The notes: generated by a model not told the origin, from the sequence alone. DNA of 64,000 nucleotides from Burkholderiales bacterium (GCA_035637655.1 DASPWT010000112.1:176-64175), one strand, 5' to 3'. Positions 8,600-18,932 are shown, counted from the stretch's first letter. A program made the numbers and translations.

Positions 8600-8698
8600 G
8601 GGCCGGGTCGAAAATGTGTGAAAAAGTCGGCATTCAGCCTTGGCAGCCGCAGGCGCGGCATGCGTCCGGGGTAAGGGCTGCGCCGGTCGAGCCGTAAA

Positions 8699-10297
8699 AT
8701 GGCGAAACTAAAAACCCGCGCTCGCATCTTCGTTCTGGTGATTCTCGCGGCCTTGCCGGCACTGCTGCTCACGGTCTACAGCGCGATCGAGCGGCGCGCT
8801 TCGACGGAAAACCAGGCGCGCGCGGAGCTCGGGCGGCTCGTCAAGCTGGCGGCCATGCAGCAATGGCAAGTCGTGGAGGGTGCCAGGCAGATGATGGTCG
8901 CCTCTTCGCAGATTCTCTTCACGTTGCTGAACGACAGAAGGCGCTGCACCGAGTATTTTGCGAGCTTGTTGGCGCAAAACCGGGAAACGTACCACTCGAT
9001 GGGTCTTTTTCGCTCGGACGGCCAGCTGTTCTGCAATGCTGCGAGTTGGCGGGACAAGGTCTATAGCGGGGATCGGCTGTATTTTCGACTTGCCAAGGAA
9101 ACGGGTCGATTCGCGATCGGCGAATATCAGGTCGGTCGCGTCACGGGACAAGCCGGAATCAACTTCGGATTTCCCGTCAAAGACGCGGATAACAAGGTCT
9201 ACGCCGTGGCTTTCGCGGGGCTCGATCTGGAGAATCTTGGTCGCATGGCCGAAGCGACGCCTTTGCCGCCCGAGGGTATTTTGAGCGTCGTCGACGTCAA
9301 GGGAACCATCCTCGCGCGCAAGCCCGCGATGAAAGAGCGCATCGGTGAAAGGCTTTGGAATCCGCAGGTGATCGAGGCGGTGCTCGCAGGCAGGGAAGGC
9401 GTGCTCGAGGCCAAAGGAGAGGACGGAATCGACTGGCTGCTGGCGCACGAGGTCGTCACCCAGAATCCGGACGGCGCCTTTCCGCTTCGCGTCATGGTTA
9501 CCGTTCCGCTCACCCGGGTGTTTGCCGAGGCGAACAGGGCGCTTGTCCGAGATCTGCTGGGCATCACCTTAGCCACGCTGTTTCTGCTGGTCGGAGTCTG
9601 GTACGGCGCCGAGTGGTTCGTGTTGCGTAAAGTCAGGGCGCTGCTTCGGGCCGCCGACCGGGTGCGTGGCGGCGACCTGAACGCCAGAACGGAAATTCGC
9701 TATGGCGGAGAAGAGCTGAGCCAGCTTGCACAGGCCTTCGATGCCATGGCCCAAGCCCTTCAGCAGCGGGAGCAGAAGCTCCAGGAGCGAGCGATCTCCG
9801 ACCCGCTCACCGGCCTGTATAACCGGCGCTACCTGAGCGAGTTTCTTCCGCGCGAGCTGGTGCGGTGCAGGCGCAGCGCGACGCCGGTCGCGGTGATGCT
9901 GATCGATCTGGATCACTTCAAGCGCGTCAACGATTCTTTCGGACACGAGGCCGGGGATATCGTCCTCAAGACGATCGCGGCGCTGCTCAAAGGCAAAGTT
10001 CGCGGCAGCGACATCGCCTGTCGCTACGGGGGCGAGGAGTTCGCGCTGATCCTGCCCGAAACCAGCCTCGATGCCGCCCTGCGGCGTGCCGAAGATATCC
10101 GGCTGGCGATCGCCCGCCTCGGCCTCAGCTACGCGGGAACGCCTCTGGGTAAGATCACGGCCTCGCTGGGGATCGCGCTGTTTCCGGATCACGGCGAGGA
10201 CACCGACGCCCTCCTGCGCGTGGCGGACATGGCGCTCTATGCCGCCAAGGGCGCCGGACGCGATCGGGTCGTCGCCGGCTCGGTGGAGAAACGCTGA
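8699..10297 (+). CDS. Sensor diguanylate cyclase (N-terminal TM, periplasmic Cache-like domain, HAMP, GGDEF with I-site)
   Basis: It has a signal-anchor LVILAALPALLLTVYSA, a second TM followed by a HAMP-like segment, and RYGGEEF with RGSD exactly 5 residues upstream (RxxD I-site). Confidence 0.85.
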   Translation: MAKLKTRARIFVLVILAALPALLLTVYSAIERRASTENQARAELGRLVKLAAMQQWQVVEGARQMMVASSQILFTLLNDRRRCTEYFASLLAQNRETYHSMGLFRSDGQLFCNAASWRDKVYSGDRLYFRLAKETGRFAIGEYQVGRVTGQAGINFGFPVKDADNKVYAVAFAGLDLENLGRMAEATPLPPEGILSVVDVKGTILARKPAMKERIGERLWNPQVIEAVLAGREGVLEAKGEDGIDWLLAHEVVTQNPDGAFPLRVMVTVPLTRVFAEANRALVRDLLGITLATLFLLVGVWYGAEWFVLRKVRALLRAADRVRGGDLNARTEIRYGGEELSQLAQAFDAMAQALQQREQKLQERAISDPLTGLYNRRYLSEFLPRELVRCRRSATPVAVMLIDLDHFKRVNDSFGHEAGDIVLKTIAALLKGKVRGSDIACRYGGEEFALILPETSLDAALRRAEDIRLAIARLGLSYAGTPLGKITASLGIALFPDHGEDTDALLRVADMALYAAKGAGRDRVVAGSVEKR

Positions 10298-10343
10298 GCC
10301 CGGTCGCTTTGGAAGGAACTGCGCGCCGGCGCGGCCAGGAGCG

Positions 10344-10571
10344 TCACTTGTAAATTTGCTGGTTCCCGGAGGCGTTTCGGCGATCGTCTTCCCACGCCCC
10401 CCGGCTGACTCCCTGAACGGCGGCAGGGCTGTTCGACGGCAGTCTACTGCCGGTGGTGTAGACGGGTTCGCTGCGCGGCTGCGCCGCGGCTTTAGGTTCA
10501 GTGGGCGTCGTCTCGCAGCCGTAAGTTGCGGTGCACAGAACGGAAGCGATCAACAGCAGGCGGATGCGCAT
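10344..10571 (-). CDS. Small secreted protein or lipoprotein (75 aa)
   Basis: ATG at 10571 is preceded by GGGAGG. The N-terminus MRIRLLLIASVLCTATYGC looks like a signal or lipobox sequence. It is the only credible part of the 770-aa ORF-track entry 10344..12656. Confidence 0.5.
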   Translation of the reverse strand: MRIRLLLIASVLCTATYGCETTPTEPKAAAQPRSEPVYTTGSRLPSNSPAAVQGVSRGAWEDDRRNASGNQQIYK

Positions 10572-10645
10572 TTCTTGGACCTCCCATTCGTTGAAATACC
10601 GCGCCAGTCTACCTCGTCGGTCCAGGCACATACAATCGAGTCGAG

Positions 10646-10721
10646 TGGCTCCCCGACCAGGGCTCGAACCTGGGACCTGCGGATTAACAGTCCGTCGCTC
10701 TACCAGCTGAGCTATCGGGGA
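10646..10721 (-). tRNA. tRNA-Asn (GTT)
   Basis: The reverse complement tccccgatagctcagctggtagagcgacggactGTTaatccgcaggtcccaggttcgagccctggtcggggagcca folds as a cloverleaf with a 7-bp acceptor, a TTCGAGC T-loop and an encoded CCA. Confidence 0.9.
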
Positions 10722-10913
10722 TTCGAGACTCCGACGAGCGCGTTGCCGGAGATTGGAAGGCGCGTATTCTAATTCCCCGCGGGGGGACCGGTCAACGCGA
10801 CGGATCGAAGAAAAGCCGCTCCGGCCCTCATTTTCCCGGGCGGTGCAGACGCGACCCATGCCTCTTGGGCATAATGGATCCGTGAACGCCGCCGCACGGA
10901 AGGAGACGCACCG

Positions 10914-11909
10914 ATGAGTCCATCGCGTGAGAGGGCATGCCGTTGTGTCGCGGGAGCGTTGGGACTGGCTTTGAGCTTCGCGTCCACCGCTTCGCTCGCT
11001 CAGGAACCAGGCGTGTGGCCCGCCCGGACGATCCAAATCGTCGTTCCCTATACTCCGGGCACGGGCGCCGACATCCTCGCGCGGATCTTCGGACCGAAAC
11101 TTGCCGAACGCTGGAAGGTCGGCGTCGTCACCGACAATCGCGCGGGCGCTTCGGGCAACATAGGAACCGACTTCGTCGCGAAATCGGCGCCCGACGGCTA
11201 TACGCTGCTTTGCACCGCGACCTCCTTCGGAACCAATCCTGCGATCAATCAAAAGCTCCCATTCGACCCTATAAGGAGCTTTAGGCCAGTCATATTGCTT
11301 GCCACCAGCACGATGGCGGTGATCGTCACGCAAGGGTTGGCGGCCAGGTCGATGCGCGAATTCCTCGACCTCGCGCGCGGCCAGCCGGGCAAGCTCTATT
11401 ACTCTTCTCCCGGAAACGGAGGTCCGCAGCATCTCGCCATGGAGCTGCTCAAGCTCGACGCGCGTATCGACCTCGTGCACGTTCCGTACAAGGGATCGGG
11501 CGGCGCACTGACCGATCTGGTGGGCGGGCACGTCCAGGCCATGATCGTGTCGCTGCAAACGGCGGCTCCGTACGTCCAGAGCGGGAAGCTTCGCATGCTG
11601 GCTGTGATGAGCGCGGAGCGCTCGCAGGCGTTTTCCGAGGTGCCCACCCTCAAAGAGCTGGGCCTCGCCGACCTCGAGGTGGAGACATGGTACGGCGTGT
11701 TCGCGCCGGCGGGGACGCCGCAGGCGGCCATCGCCAGGGTCAACGCGGAAATGAACGCGCTGCTCGAACAGAATGAGATCCGCGAGCTTCTCGCAAAACA
11801 GGGCATGGCGCCGGCCGGCGGCACGCCCGAGCGCTTCGGCGGCCTGGTGAAGAGGGAATTGGCGCGCTGGTCGCGCGTGGTCACGGCCGCGGGCATCAAG
11901 GCGGACTGA
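10914..11909 (+). CDS. Bug-family (TctC-like) tripartite tricarboxylate transporter substrate-binding protein
   Basis: A signal peptide ending ASLAQE is followed by the family-typical RTIQIVVPYTPGTGADILAR, then YSSPGNGGPQHLAMELL and VPYKGSGGALTDLVGG. Confidence 0.8.
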   Translation: MSPSRERACRCVAGALGLALSFASTASLAQEPGVWPARTIQIVVPYTPGTGADILARIFGPKLAERWKVGVVTDNRAGASGNIGTDFVAKSAPDGYTLLCTATSFGTNPAINQKLPFDPIRSFRPVILLATSTMAVIVTQGLAARSMREFLDLARGQPGKLYYSSPGNGGPQHLAMELLKLDARIDLVHVPYKGSGGALTDLVGGHVQAMIVSLQTAAPYVQSGKLRMLAVMSAERSQAFSEVPTLKELGLADLEVETWYGVFAPAGTPQAAIARVNAEMNALLEQNEIRELLAKQGMAPAGGTPERFGGLVKRELARWSRVVTAAGIKAD

Positions 11910-11948
11910 GCTCAAGCGGATTCCACGGATCACCCGACAAGAAAACAC

Positions 11949-12662
11949 ATGAGCCATATCGAAGACCTGGTCGCCGCGTACCGAATCCTCGCCGAGCACG
12001 GTGTCATCGACGCGTACGGACACGTGAGCGTGCGTTCGGAACGCGACCCCCAGCGTTACCTTCTGTCGCGCTCGCTTGCGCCGGAATTGGTGATGCCCGA
12101 GGACATCATGGAGTACGACCTCGACAGCAATCCGATCGATCCGCGGGGACGAGAGTCGGTGCGCGAGCGCTTCATTCACGGCGAGATCTTCAGGGCGCGT
12201 CCGGACGTGAACGCGGTCGTGCACAATCATTCCCCTTCGGTCGTGCCCTTCAGCGTCACGACGGTCGCGATGCGGCCGCTTTTCCACATGGCTGCGTTCG
12301 TGGGAGAGGGGGTCCCGACCTTCGAAATCCGCGATGCCGAGAAGGGCACCGATCTGCTGGTCAAAACGCCCTATCTGGGGCAGGCGCTCGCCAGGACATT
12401 GGGAAGGTCCCCGGCGGCCCTGATGCGCGGGCACGGTTCGGTTACCGTGGGCGAGAGCCTGCCCCGCGCCGTGGGGCGCAGCATCTATCTGGAAATGAGT
12501 GCGCGAATGCAGCTTCAGGCGATGGCGATCGCGGGGACCGGCGGCAAAATCACCTACCTCGACGAACAGGAGGTCCGGGCCTCCGTACCCGGGCAGGATT
12601 ACAATCGCGCCTGGCCGATGTGGCGCGCCCATGCGCTCGCCCGCCTCAAACCGCAAGCATGA
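11949..12662 (+). CDS. Class II aldolase/adducin-family protein
   Basis: Contains HGHVSVR-like DAYGHVSVRS, HGEIFRARPDVNAVVHNHSP and LMRGHGSVTVG (metal-binding His pattern). Confidence 0.7.
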   Translation: MSHIEDLVAAYRILAEHGVIDAYGHVSVRSERDPQRYLLSRSLAPELVMPEDIMEYDLDSNPIDPRGRESVRERFIHGEIFRARPDVNAVVHNHSPSVVPFSVTTVAMRPLFHMAAFVGEGVPTFEIRDAEKGTDLLVKTPYLGQALARTLGRSPAALMRGHGSVTVGESLPRAVGRSIYLEMSARMQLQAMAIAGTGGKITYLDEQEVRASVPGQDYNRAWPMWRAHALARLKPQA

Positions 12663-13869
12663 GCCACGCGGCTTCGCGCGGCACGATCCGCCCTTGAGCT
12701 TTCAACGCCTCGCCGACCAGCTCGCCGAATTGGAGCGCCGCGGCCTGCGCCGCAGTCGCCTTGTGCGCCAGAGCCCGCAGGGGCCGCGCATCGTCGTGGA
12801 CGGGCAGGAGGTCCTTGCGTTCTGCAGCAATGACTACCTGGGGCTCGCCAACCATCCGCGGATCGTGGAGGCGGCGATCGAGGCCGCCTCGCGCCACGGG
12901 GTCGGGGAGGGTGCCTCGCATCTTTTGAGCGGGCACAGCGTCGTCCACGAGCGCCTCGAAGCGAAACTCGCCGAGTTCATGCAAATGCCGCGGGCGCTGC
13001 TTTTCTCCACCGGCTATCAGGCAAACATCGGTGCCGTTACCGCGCTCGCCGGCCCGGAGGATGCGATTTTCTCCGACGCGCTCAATCACGCCTCGCTGAT
13101 CGACGGCGTGCGCTTGTCGCGCGCCCGGGTGATTCGCTACCCGCACGCCGATCTCGGGTTCCTGTCGGGAGCGCTGGCAGAATCCAGCGCAAGAACGAGA
13201 CTGATCGTCAGCGACGGCGTATTCAGCATGGACGGCGACATCGCGCCGTTGCCGGCCCTGCTCGATTTGTGCGAACGCCACGATGCCTGGCTTCTGGTCG
13301 ACGACGCGCACGGCTTCGGCGTGATCGGCCCCGGAGGCCGCGGGTCGCCGGCGCACTTCGGCTTGCGCTCGCCGCGCCTCGTCTACGTCGGAACGCTCGG
13401 CAAGGCGGCGGGCGTGGCGGGCGCTTTCGTCGCGGGCGCCGCGGAAGTGGTGGAAACGGTGCTGCAGCGGGCGCGGACCTATATCTACACCACGGCTGCG
13501 CCAGCGATGCTTGCGGCCGCGGTCGAAGCGAGTCTTCAGCTCATCCTGGAAGACGAATGGCGTCGCGAGCATCTGCGAAAGCTGATCGCGCTGCTGAGAC
13601 GGGAGCTGCAGGGGAGCGAAAGCGCGCTTGCCCCATCCGATACGCCGATTCAGCCGCTGATCCTCGGAGGGAACAACGAGGCCGTACGGGCGAGTGCGGC
13701 GCTGCACGAGCGCGGCATTCTCGTGCCTGCGATCCGTCCGCCGACCGTGCCCGAGGGTACCGCCCGGTTGCGCATCTCGCTTTCTGCGGCTCATAGCGAG
13801 CAGGAGGTTTTGCGTCTTGCCGCGGCGCTGCGTGAGGTGTGTCAAAGCGGCGTGGCGACACAGGCCTAA
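12631..13869 (+). CDS. bioF: 8-amino-7-oxononanoate synthase
   Basis: Contains FCSNDYLGLANHP, the PLP-lysine context GTLGKAAG and DDAHGFGV. The start is uncertain: ATG 12631 overlaps the aldolase by 32 nt, and TTG 12694 is an alternative. Confidence 0.85.
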   Translation: MRSPASNRKHEPRGFARHDPPLSFQRLADQLAELERRGLRRSRLVRQSPQGPRIVVDGQEVLAFCSNDYLGLANHPRIVEAAIEAASRHGVGEGASHLLSGHSVVHERLEAKLAEFMQMPRALLFSTGYQANIGAVTALAGPEDAIFSDALNHASLIDGVRLSRARVIRYPHADLGFLSGALAESSARTRLIVSDGVFSMDGDIAPLPALLDLCERHDAWLLVDDAHGFGVIGPGGRGSPAHFGLRSPRLVYVGTLGKAAGVAGAFVAGAAEVVETVLQRARTYIYTTAAPAMLAAAVEASLQLILEDEWRREHLRKLIALLRRELQGSESALAPSDTPIQPLILGGNNEAVRASAALHERGILVPAIRPPTVPEGTARLRISLSAAHSEQEVLRLAAALREVCQSGVATQA

Positions 13870-13892
13870 AGCGCTGAACGGAACGCTCGAAA

Positions 13893-14570
13893 GTGGGTCA
13901 GGGCTTTTTCGTTACCGGAACCGACACCGGGGTCGGCAAAACCCTGGTCGCCTGCGCGCTCCTGCGCGCTTTTGCCAGGACGGGGAAGTCCGTGGTGGGC
14001 ATGAAGCCGGTTGCCGCCGGACGCGAAGCGGGCCGCTTCGCGGATGTCGAAGCCCTGGCGCACGCGAGCACGGTGAGTGCAAGGCCGCAAGTCGTCAATC
14101 CCTACGCCTTCGAGCCGGCGATTGCCCCCCACATCGCGGCGGAACTGGCCGGCTTCGAAATCGGCCTCGAACCGATCGCGCGTGCCTACGAGGAGCTGTC
14201 GCGGCTGGCCGAGGTTGTCGTGGTGGAAGGCGCCGGGGGTTTTCTCGTGCCGCTCAATGCAACCCAGACCGGCGCCGATCTCGCGATGCGGCTGGGTTTG
14301 CCGATCGTGCTCGTCGTCGGGATGCGGCTCGGCTGCTTGAATCATGCATTGCTCACGCGACGGCAGATCGAGGCTTCCGGGTTGCGTTGCGCGGGCTGGG
14401 TGGCGAATTGCATCCTCCCCGACATGCCTCATTTGGAGGGCAACATCCGCGCGCTCGAGCAGCGCCTCGATTGTCCGCTGCTCGGCGTGTTGCCGTTTCG
14501 GCTCGATCCGGTCCCGGCAGAGGTCGCCCCGCTTCTTTCGCTCGAATCGCTTGTCGAGGCTACCGCGTGA
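13893..14570 (+). CDS. bioD: Dethiobiotin synthase
   Basis: GTG start. The P-loop is FFVTGTDTGVGKT, and VVEGAGG is present. Confidence 0.85.
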   Translation: MGQGFFVTGTDTGVGKTLVACALLRAFARTGKSVVGMKPVAAGREAGRFADVEALAHASTVSARPQVVNPYAFEPAIAPHIAAELAGFEIGLEPIARAYEELSRLAEVVVVEGAGGFLVPLNATQTGADLAMRLGLPIVLVVGMRLGCLNHALLTRRQIEASGLRCAGWVANCILPDMPHLEGNIRALEQRLDCPLLGVLPFRLDPVPAEVAPLLSLESLVEATA

Positions 14571-14584
14571 GCGCAAATGCAAGC

Positions 14585-15901
14585 ATGCTGGAGCGGAGCC
14601 TGCGGGCGGTCTGGCATCCCTGCACGCAGATGAAGCACCACGAAACGCTGCCGCTCGTGCCGATCAACCGCGCCGAAGGGGCCTGGCTCTACGATTTCGA
14701 GGGCCACCGCATCCTCGATGCGATCGGCTCCTGGTGGGTCAACCTGCTGGGGCACGGCGACCCCCGCATCAATGCCGCGCTACGGCACCAGCTCGATTCG
14801 CTGGAACACGTCATGCTCGCCGGGTTCACGCACGCGCCGGCAGTCGAGCTCTCCGAGCGCCTCGCGAAGCTCGCTCCCGGCGGACTCGGCCATTGCTTTT
14901 TCGCCTCCGACGGGGCCTCCGCAGTCGAAATCGCGTTGAAGATGAGCTATCACTACTGGAGAAACTCAGGCCGCGCGAAGAGCGGATTCGTGACCCTTGC
15001 CAACAGTTACCACGGCGAGACTCTGGGCGCGCTGTCGGTCACCGATATTGCGCTCTACCGCGACACCTACGCTCCGCTCCTGCGCGCCAGTGTGCAGGTA
15101 CCTTCTCCGGACTGGCGTCTGGCCGAGCCGGGCGAGACGCGAGAGGAGTATGCGCGACGCTGCGCAAAGGCGCTCGAAGAGCACCTCGAGCGGCATGCCG
15201 CGGAAACCGCCGCGCTCATCGTCGAGCCGCTTGTGCAATGCGCGGGCGGGATGGCGATGTACGACGCGGAATATCTGCGCCGCGCCCGCGAGCTCTGCGA
15301 TCGCTTCGACGTCCATCTCATCGCCGACGAGATAGCAGTGGGGTTCGGGCGCACCGGGACTCTCTTCGCCTGCGAGCAGGCGGGGATCACGCCCGATTTC
15401 CTGTGCCTCTCCAAGGGCCTCACGGGCGGCTACCTACCGCTCTCGGTAGTGCTCGCAACCGATCGCGTCTACCGGGCTTTCTACGACGACAAGCTCGAGC
15501 GCGCTTTCCTTCACTCGCATTCCTTCAGCGGCAATCCGCTTGCCTGCCGCGCTGCCCTGGCCGTGCTCGACATCCTGGAAGAAGAGAAGGTGCTGGAGCG
15601 CAACCGAAATACGGCGGCGACCCTGAACCGGCGCGCCGATAAGCTGCGCTCGCACCGGCGCGTCGCGCACTTCCGCAACACGGGAATGATCTGGGCGTTC
15701 GACGTGCGGGACGCTCAACCGGGATTTGGGCCGGACTTCTATCGAGGCGCTCTCGAGATGGGCGTACTGCTCCGGCCGCTGGGCTCCACGGTCTACTGGA
15801 TGCCGCCTTACATCATCGAAGAAACCGAAATCGACTTTCTTCTGAGCACGGTGAAAAGGCTCCTGGACGCCGGAGGGACCGGACCCGAGTCCCGGGGGTG
15901 A
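14585..15901 (+). CDS. bioA: Adenosylmethionine-8-amino-7-oxononanoate aminotransferase
   Basis: ATG at 14585 ([16 protein letters not shown]). Contains [11 protein letters not shown] and [11 protein letters not shown] (PLP Lys). The upstream part of ORF-track 13694..15901 overlaps bioF/bioD and is rejected. Confidence 0.85.
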   Translation: MLERSLRAVWHPCTQMKHHETLPLVPINRAEGAWLYDFEGHRILDAIGSWWVNLLGHGDPRINAALRHQLDSLEHVMLAGFTHAPAVELSERLAKLAPGGLGHCFFASDGASAVEIALKMSYHYWRNSGRAKSGFVTLANSYHGETLGALSVTDIALYRDTYAPLLRASVQVPSPDWRLAEPGETREEYARRCAKALEEHLERHAAETAALIVEPLVQCAGGMAMYDAEYLRRARELCDRFDVHLIADEIAVGFGRTGTLFACEQAGITPDFLCLSKGLTGGYLPLSVVLATDRVYRAFYDDKLERAFLHSHSFSGNPLACRAALAVLDILEEEKVLERNRNTAATLNRRADKLRSHRRVAHFRNTGMIWAFDVRDAQPGFGPDFYRGALEMGVLLRPLGSTVYWMPPYIIEETEIDFLLSTVKRLLDAGGTGPESRG

Positions 15902-15947
15902 GCATCGTGCTAGACTCGAAAGCTTTTACAGTGGCAGCGCAGCACGC

Positions 15948-17993
15948 GTGATCCTCACCTTTCCCGACAGCCCTTTCCGTCTCGCCCAGGCGTTTCCTCC
16001 GGCCGGCGATCAGCCCGAGGCGATCGAAAAGCTCGTCGACGGCATCCGCGACGGGCTCTCGTACCAGACGCTGCTCGGCGTCACGGGCTCGGGGAAGACA
16101 TTCACCATGGCGAACGTGATCGCGCGCCTTGGGCGGCCGGCGCTCGTGCTCGCGCCGAACAAGACGCTTGCCGCCCAGCTCTATTCCGAAATGCGCGAGT
16201 CCTTCCCCGAGAACGCGGTCGAGTACTTCGTTTCCTATTACGATTATTACCAGCCCGAGGCCTATGTTCCGTCGCGGGACCTCTATATCGAGAAAGACTC
16301 GAGCATCAACGAGCACATCGAGCAGATGCGGCTGTCGGCGACGAAGTCGCTGCTCGAGCGCAAGGACACCGTGATCGTTGCGACGGTGTCCTGCATCTAC
16401 GGCATCGGCAACCCGGTCGACTACCACGGCATGATCCTGCACGTGCGCGAAAAGGAGCGGATGTCCCAGCGCGACGTCATCGCGCGCCTCGCGGCGATGC
16501 AGTACGAAAGAAACGAGCTCGAATTCAAGCGCGGCACCTTCCGCGTGCGGGGCGACGTCCTCGACGTGTTCCCCGCCGAGAACTCCGAGACGGCGCTGCG
16601 CATCGCGCTTCTCGACGACGAGGTCGAGAGCCTGACGCTGTTCGACCCGCTGACCGGGCACGCGAGCCAGCGCGTGCCGCGCTTCACGGTCTATCCGTCG
16701 AGCCACTACGTGACGCCCCGGGCGACGACCCTGCGCGCGATCGAAGCGATCAAGATCGAGCTCGCCGAGCGGATCGAGCACTTCCAAAAGGCGGGCAAGC
16801 TCCTGGAGGCTCAGCGCATCGAGCAGCGCACGCGCTTCGACCTGGAGATGCTGAACGAGCTGGGTTTCTGCAAGGGCATCGAGAACTACTCGCGGCACCT
16901 GTCCGGAAGGAAGGAGGGCGAGCCGCCGCCGACCCTGATCGACTATCTGCCGCCGACCGCCCTCATGTTCATCGACGAATCGCACGTCACGATCGGGCAG
17001 CTGGGGGGCATGTACCGCGGCGATCGCTCGCGCAAGGAGAATCTCGTCGACTATGGCTTTCGCCTACCCTCCGCCCTGGACAATCGGCCGCTCAAGTTCG
17101 AGGAATTCGAACAGGTCATGCGCCAGACTGTCTTCGTCTCGGCGACTCCCGCGGAATACGAACGCAAGACCTCGGGACAGATCGTGGAGCAGGTCGTGCG
17201 GCCGACCGGCCTGGTCGACCCGCTGCTCGAAGTGCGGCCCGCCTCGACTCAGGTGGACGACCTGCTCAGCGAAATCAGTCTGCGCGTGGCGAGCGGGGAA
17301 CGGGTGCTGGTGACCACGCTCACCAAGCGCATGGCTGAGGAGCTCACCGACTACCTCGCGGAACACGGCGTAAAGGTGCGCTATCTGCACTCGGAGGTGG
17401 AGACAGTCGAACGGGTCGAAATCATCCGCGATCTGCGCCTGGGCGAATTCGACGTCCTCGTCGGGATCAACCTCCTGCGCGAGGGCCTGGACCTGCCCGA
17501 AGTGTCGCTGGTGGCGATCCTCGATGCCGACAAGGAAGGGTTCCTGCGCTCGGAGCGCTCGCTCATCCAGACCATCGGCCGCGCCGCGCGCCATTTGAAC
17601 GGGATGGCAATTCTCTACGCCGACACGGTCACCGACTCGATGAAACGGGCGATCGGAGAAACCGATCGCCGCCGCGCGAAGCAGGTCGAATACAACGCAA
17701 AACGCGGCATCACGCCGATCGGCATTTCCAAGTCGGTGCACGACATGATCGAGGGTGCGCGCGACTTTCAGGATGTGCAAATGGAGTTGAAAGCCGCACA
17801 GGAACAGGCGCGCTACGAGTCGATGTCCGAAAAGCAGCTCGCCAGGGAGATCAGGCGCCTGGAAAAGGAGATGCTCGACCATGCGCGCAATCTCGAGTTC
17901 GAAAAAGCCGCCGAAGCGCGCGATCGCCTCGCCGAACTCAGGCGGAGCGTTTTCGGCGCCTCGCCCGAGGAGACTGCTCCCGCCGTGGGTTAG
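15948..17993 (+). CDS. uvrB: Excinuclease ABC subunit B
   Basis: Contains PAGDQPEAI, Walker [11 protein letters not shown] and helicase motifs. The C-terminal UVR domain is [12 protein letters not shown]. Confidence 0.95.
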   Translation: MILTFPDSPFRLAQAFPPAGDQPEAIEKLVDGIRDGLSYQTLLGVTGSGKTFTMANVIARLGRPALVLAPNKTLAAQLYSEMRESFPENAVEYFVSYYDYYQPEAYVPSRDLYIEKDSSINEHIEQMRLSATKSLLERKDTVIVATVSCIYGIGNPVDYHGMILHVREKERMSQRDVIARLAAMQYERNELEFKRGTFRVRGDVLDVFPAENSETALRIALLDDEVESLTLFDPLTGHASQRVPRFTVYPSSHYVTPRATTLRAIEAIKIELAERIEHFQKAGKLLEAQRIEQRTRFDLEMLNELGFCKGIENYSRHLSGRKEGEPPPTLIDYLPPTALMFIDESHVTIGQLGGMYRGDRSRKENLVDYGFRLPSALDNRPLKFEEFEQVMRQTVFVSATPAEYERKTSGQIVEQVVRPTGLVDPLLEVRPASTQVDDLLSEISLRVASGERVLVTTLTKRMAEELTDYLAEHGVKVRYLHSEVETVERVEIIRDLRLGEFDVLVGINLLREGLDLPEVSLVAILDADKEGFLRSERSLIQTIGRAARHLNGMAILYADTVTDSMKRAIGETDRRRAKQVEYNAKRGITPIGISKSVHDMIEGARDFQDVQMELKAAQEQARYESMSEKQLAREIRRLEKEMLDHARNLEFEKAAEARDRLAELRRSVFGASPEETAPAVG

Positions 17994-18005
17994 GTGAGCG
18001 AATTG

Positions 18006-18509
18006 TCAGGCATGAGCTTCGGTAATAGAACTCATAACCAGAGCCGAAACGTACAAGCCAACCCCAAACGCGGCATGATTCATAAGGCTACGCAGCCGTG
18101 CCTGCATGGGATTGGGGGCCTTTGACGCGGCAAGGCCAAGGCCGAACGAAGGGTGCATGATAAAGAAGGGAAAGCCAACAGTAACAATGCCGAAGATTAA
18201 AGCAGGCATCAGAGTCGGCGATTGCAGCCATTCAGGTGTGGCCAATGCCACAAGGGCAAACGCGAACAGCACCCCTATTGCGTAATGAGCAATCCAGCCG
18301 GTTGTGCACTCGGCTGGCTTCTGAGCAGCAGCGGTAATGCTTGGATGTTTGAAGGAGCCATTGGTCATGTGGCGCAGCCAACGACCAACCAAGCAATAGT
18401 TGGGCGAAGGAATTTTGAAAGCGTGCTTGAGAAATACCGCCCAGAGATCCATGACGAAGGTTGCGCCGAGGCCAACTGTAACAGCGCCAATTAGCAGTTC
18501 AATTTTCAT
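18006..18509 (-). CDS. DUF2938-family membrane protein
   Basis: A four-TM protein containing GATFVMDLWAVFLKH and VGRWLRHM. Its base composition is clearly lower in G+C than the flanks (about 47 % in the first 60 nt counted by hand). Confidence 0.6.
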   Translation of the reverse strand: MKIELLIGAVTVGLGATFVMDLWAVFLKHAFKIPSPNYCLVGRWLRHMTNGSFKHPSITAAAQKPAECTTGWIAHYAIGVLFAFALVALATPEWLQSPTLMPALIFGIVTVGFPFFIMHPSFGLGLAASKAPNPMQARLRSLMNHAAFGVGLYVSALVMSSITEAHA

Positions 18510-18626
18510 GGTTACCTCGATGCTGGTTGCTCATGCCCAACGTCCGCGGCCACCGGGCCGACGGACGCCACAAGGCGCGTCGCTTCAGAGGCTCCGCCTG
18601 GGCCGCGTGGTTCGGCGTCGCGCACC

Positions 18627-18932
18627 TCACAGCCGAGGCTCCCGACCGCGACTTGCGTGCCAGAACGCGAGAACCTCCAGCGTTTCCTTCGACACGCGAT
18701 AGTAGAGGTAGTAGCGAATTCGGCTGAGCGTGAGCCGACGAATGCCTCTTGTTTTCGCGCGAGGGGCCGGAACGCCGAGACCAGGTTGGGTTGAAAGGAG
18801 CGAGAGCGCACGTGCAACATCTTCGCGAACGGCGCCGGAGGCAGCGGGCCGGTTCTCTTGCCACCACGCTGCAGCCTTCTCGAACTGAGCAGTCGCGCGT
18901 CGGGAGACCTTGACAGAAAGAGGAGCGGTCAA
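18627..18932 (-). CDS. parE: Type II toxin, ParE/RelE family
   Basis: A 101-aa protein with A..F..AAAWW at the N-terminus and IRYYLYYRVSKETLEVLAFWHASR at the C-terminus, typical of ParE. Its start overlaps the antitoxin stop by 4 nt. Confidence 0.7.
   Translation of the reverse strand: MTAPLSVKVSRRATAQFEKAAAWWQENRPAASGAVREDVARALSLLSTQPGLGVPAPRAKTRGIRRLTLSRIRYYLYYRVSKETLEVLAFWHASRGREPRL

Noticed and set aside
8617-8632. A possible CRP/Clp-type site (TGTGA-N6-TCACA) in the rpfF/GGDEF intergenic region.
   Set aside because: Only the left half-site TGTGA is present. The right half reads CGGCA, with 2 of 5 matches.
10303-10343. The 12-nt GC palindrome cgcgccggcgcg between the convergent GGDEF and small-lipoprotein genes.
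   Set aside because: It is a loop-less palindrome in GC-rich DNA with no U-tract. It is likely fortuitous.
10344-12656. A 770-aa minus-strand ORF spanning the tRNA-Asn, Bug and aldolase region.
   Set aside because: It runs antisense through a tRNA and two genes with clear family motifs. Its sequence is Arg/Gly/Pro-rich, which is the typical high-GC frame artefact. Only the last 75 codons (10344-10571, with signal peptide and RBS) look real.
12631-12694. The 32-nt overlap of bioF with the aldolase gene as a sign of a fused or frameshifted gene, and bioF-bioD-bioA without bioB as unusual.
   Set aside because: The overlap disappears if TTG 12694 is the start. Biotin gene order varies widely, and bioB/bioC may be elsewhere. 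Nothing is abnormal in the sequence itself.
13694-15901. The 735-aa ORF-track entry (and likewise 20-1897, 3004-5724, 31976-33289, 43496-44503, 45961-47379, 59874-61997 and 62904-63914) taken at face value.
   Set aside because: The N-terminal extensions overlap the preceding, well-supported genes in another frame. Internal starts with RBS or ATGA/GTGA coupling give proteins of canonical length.
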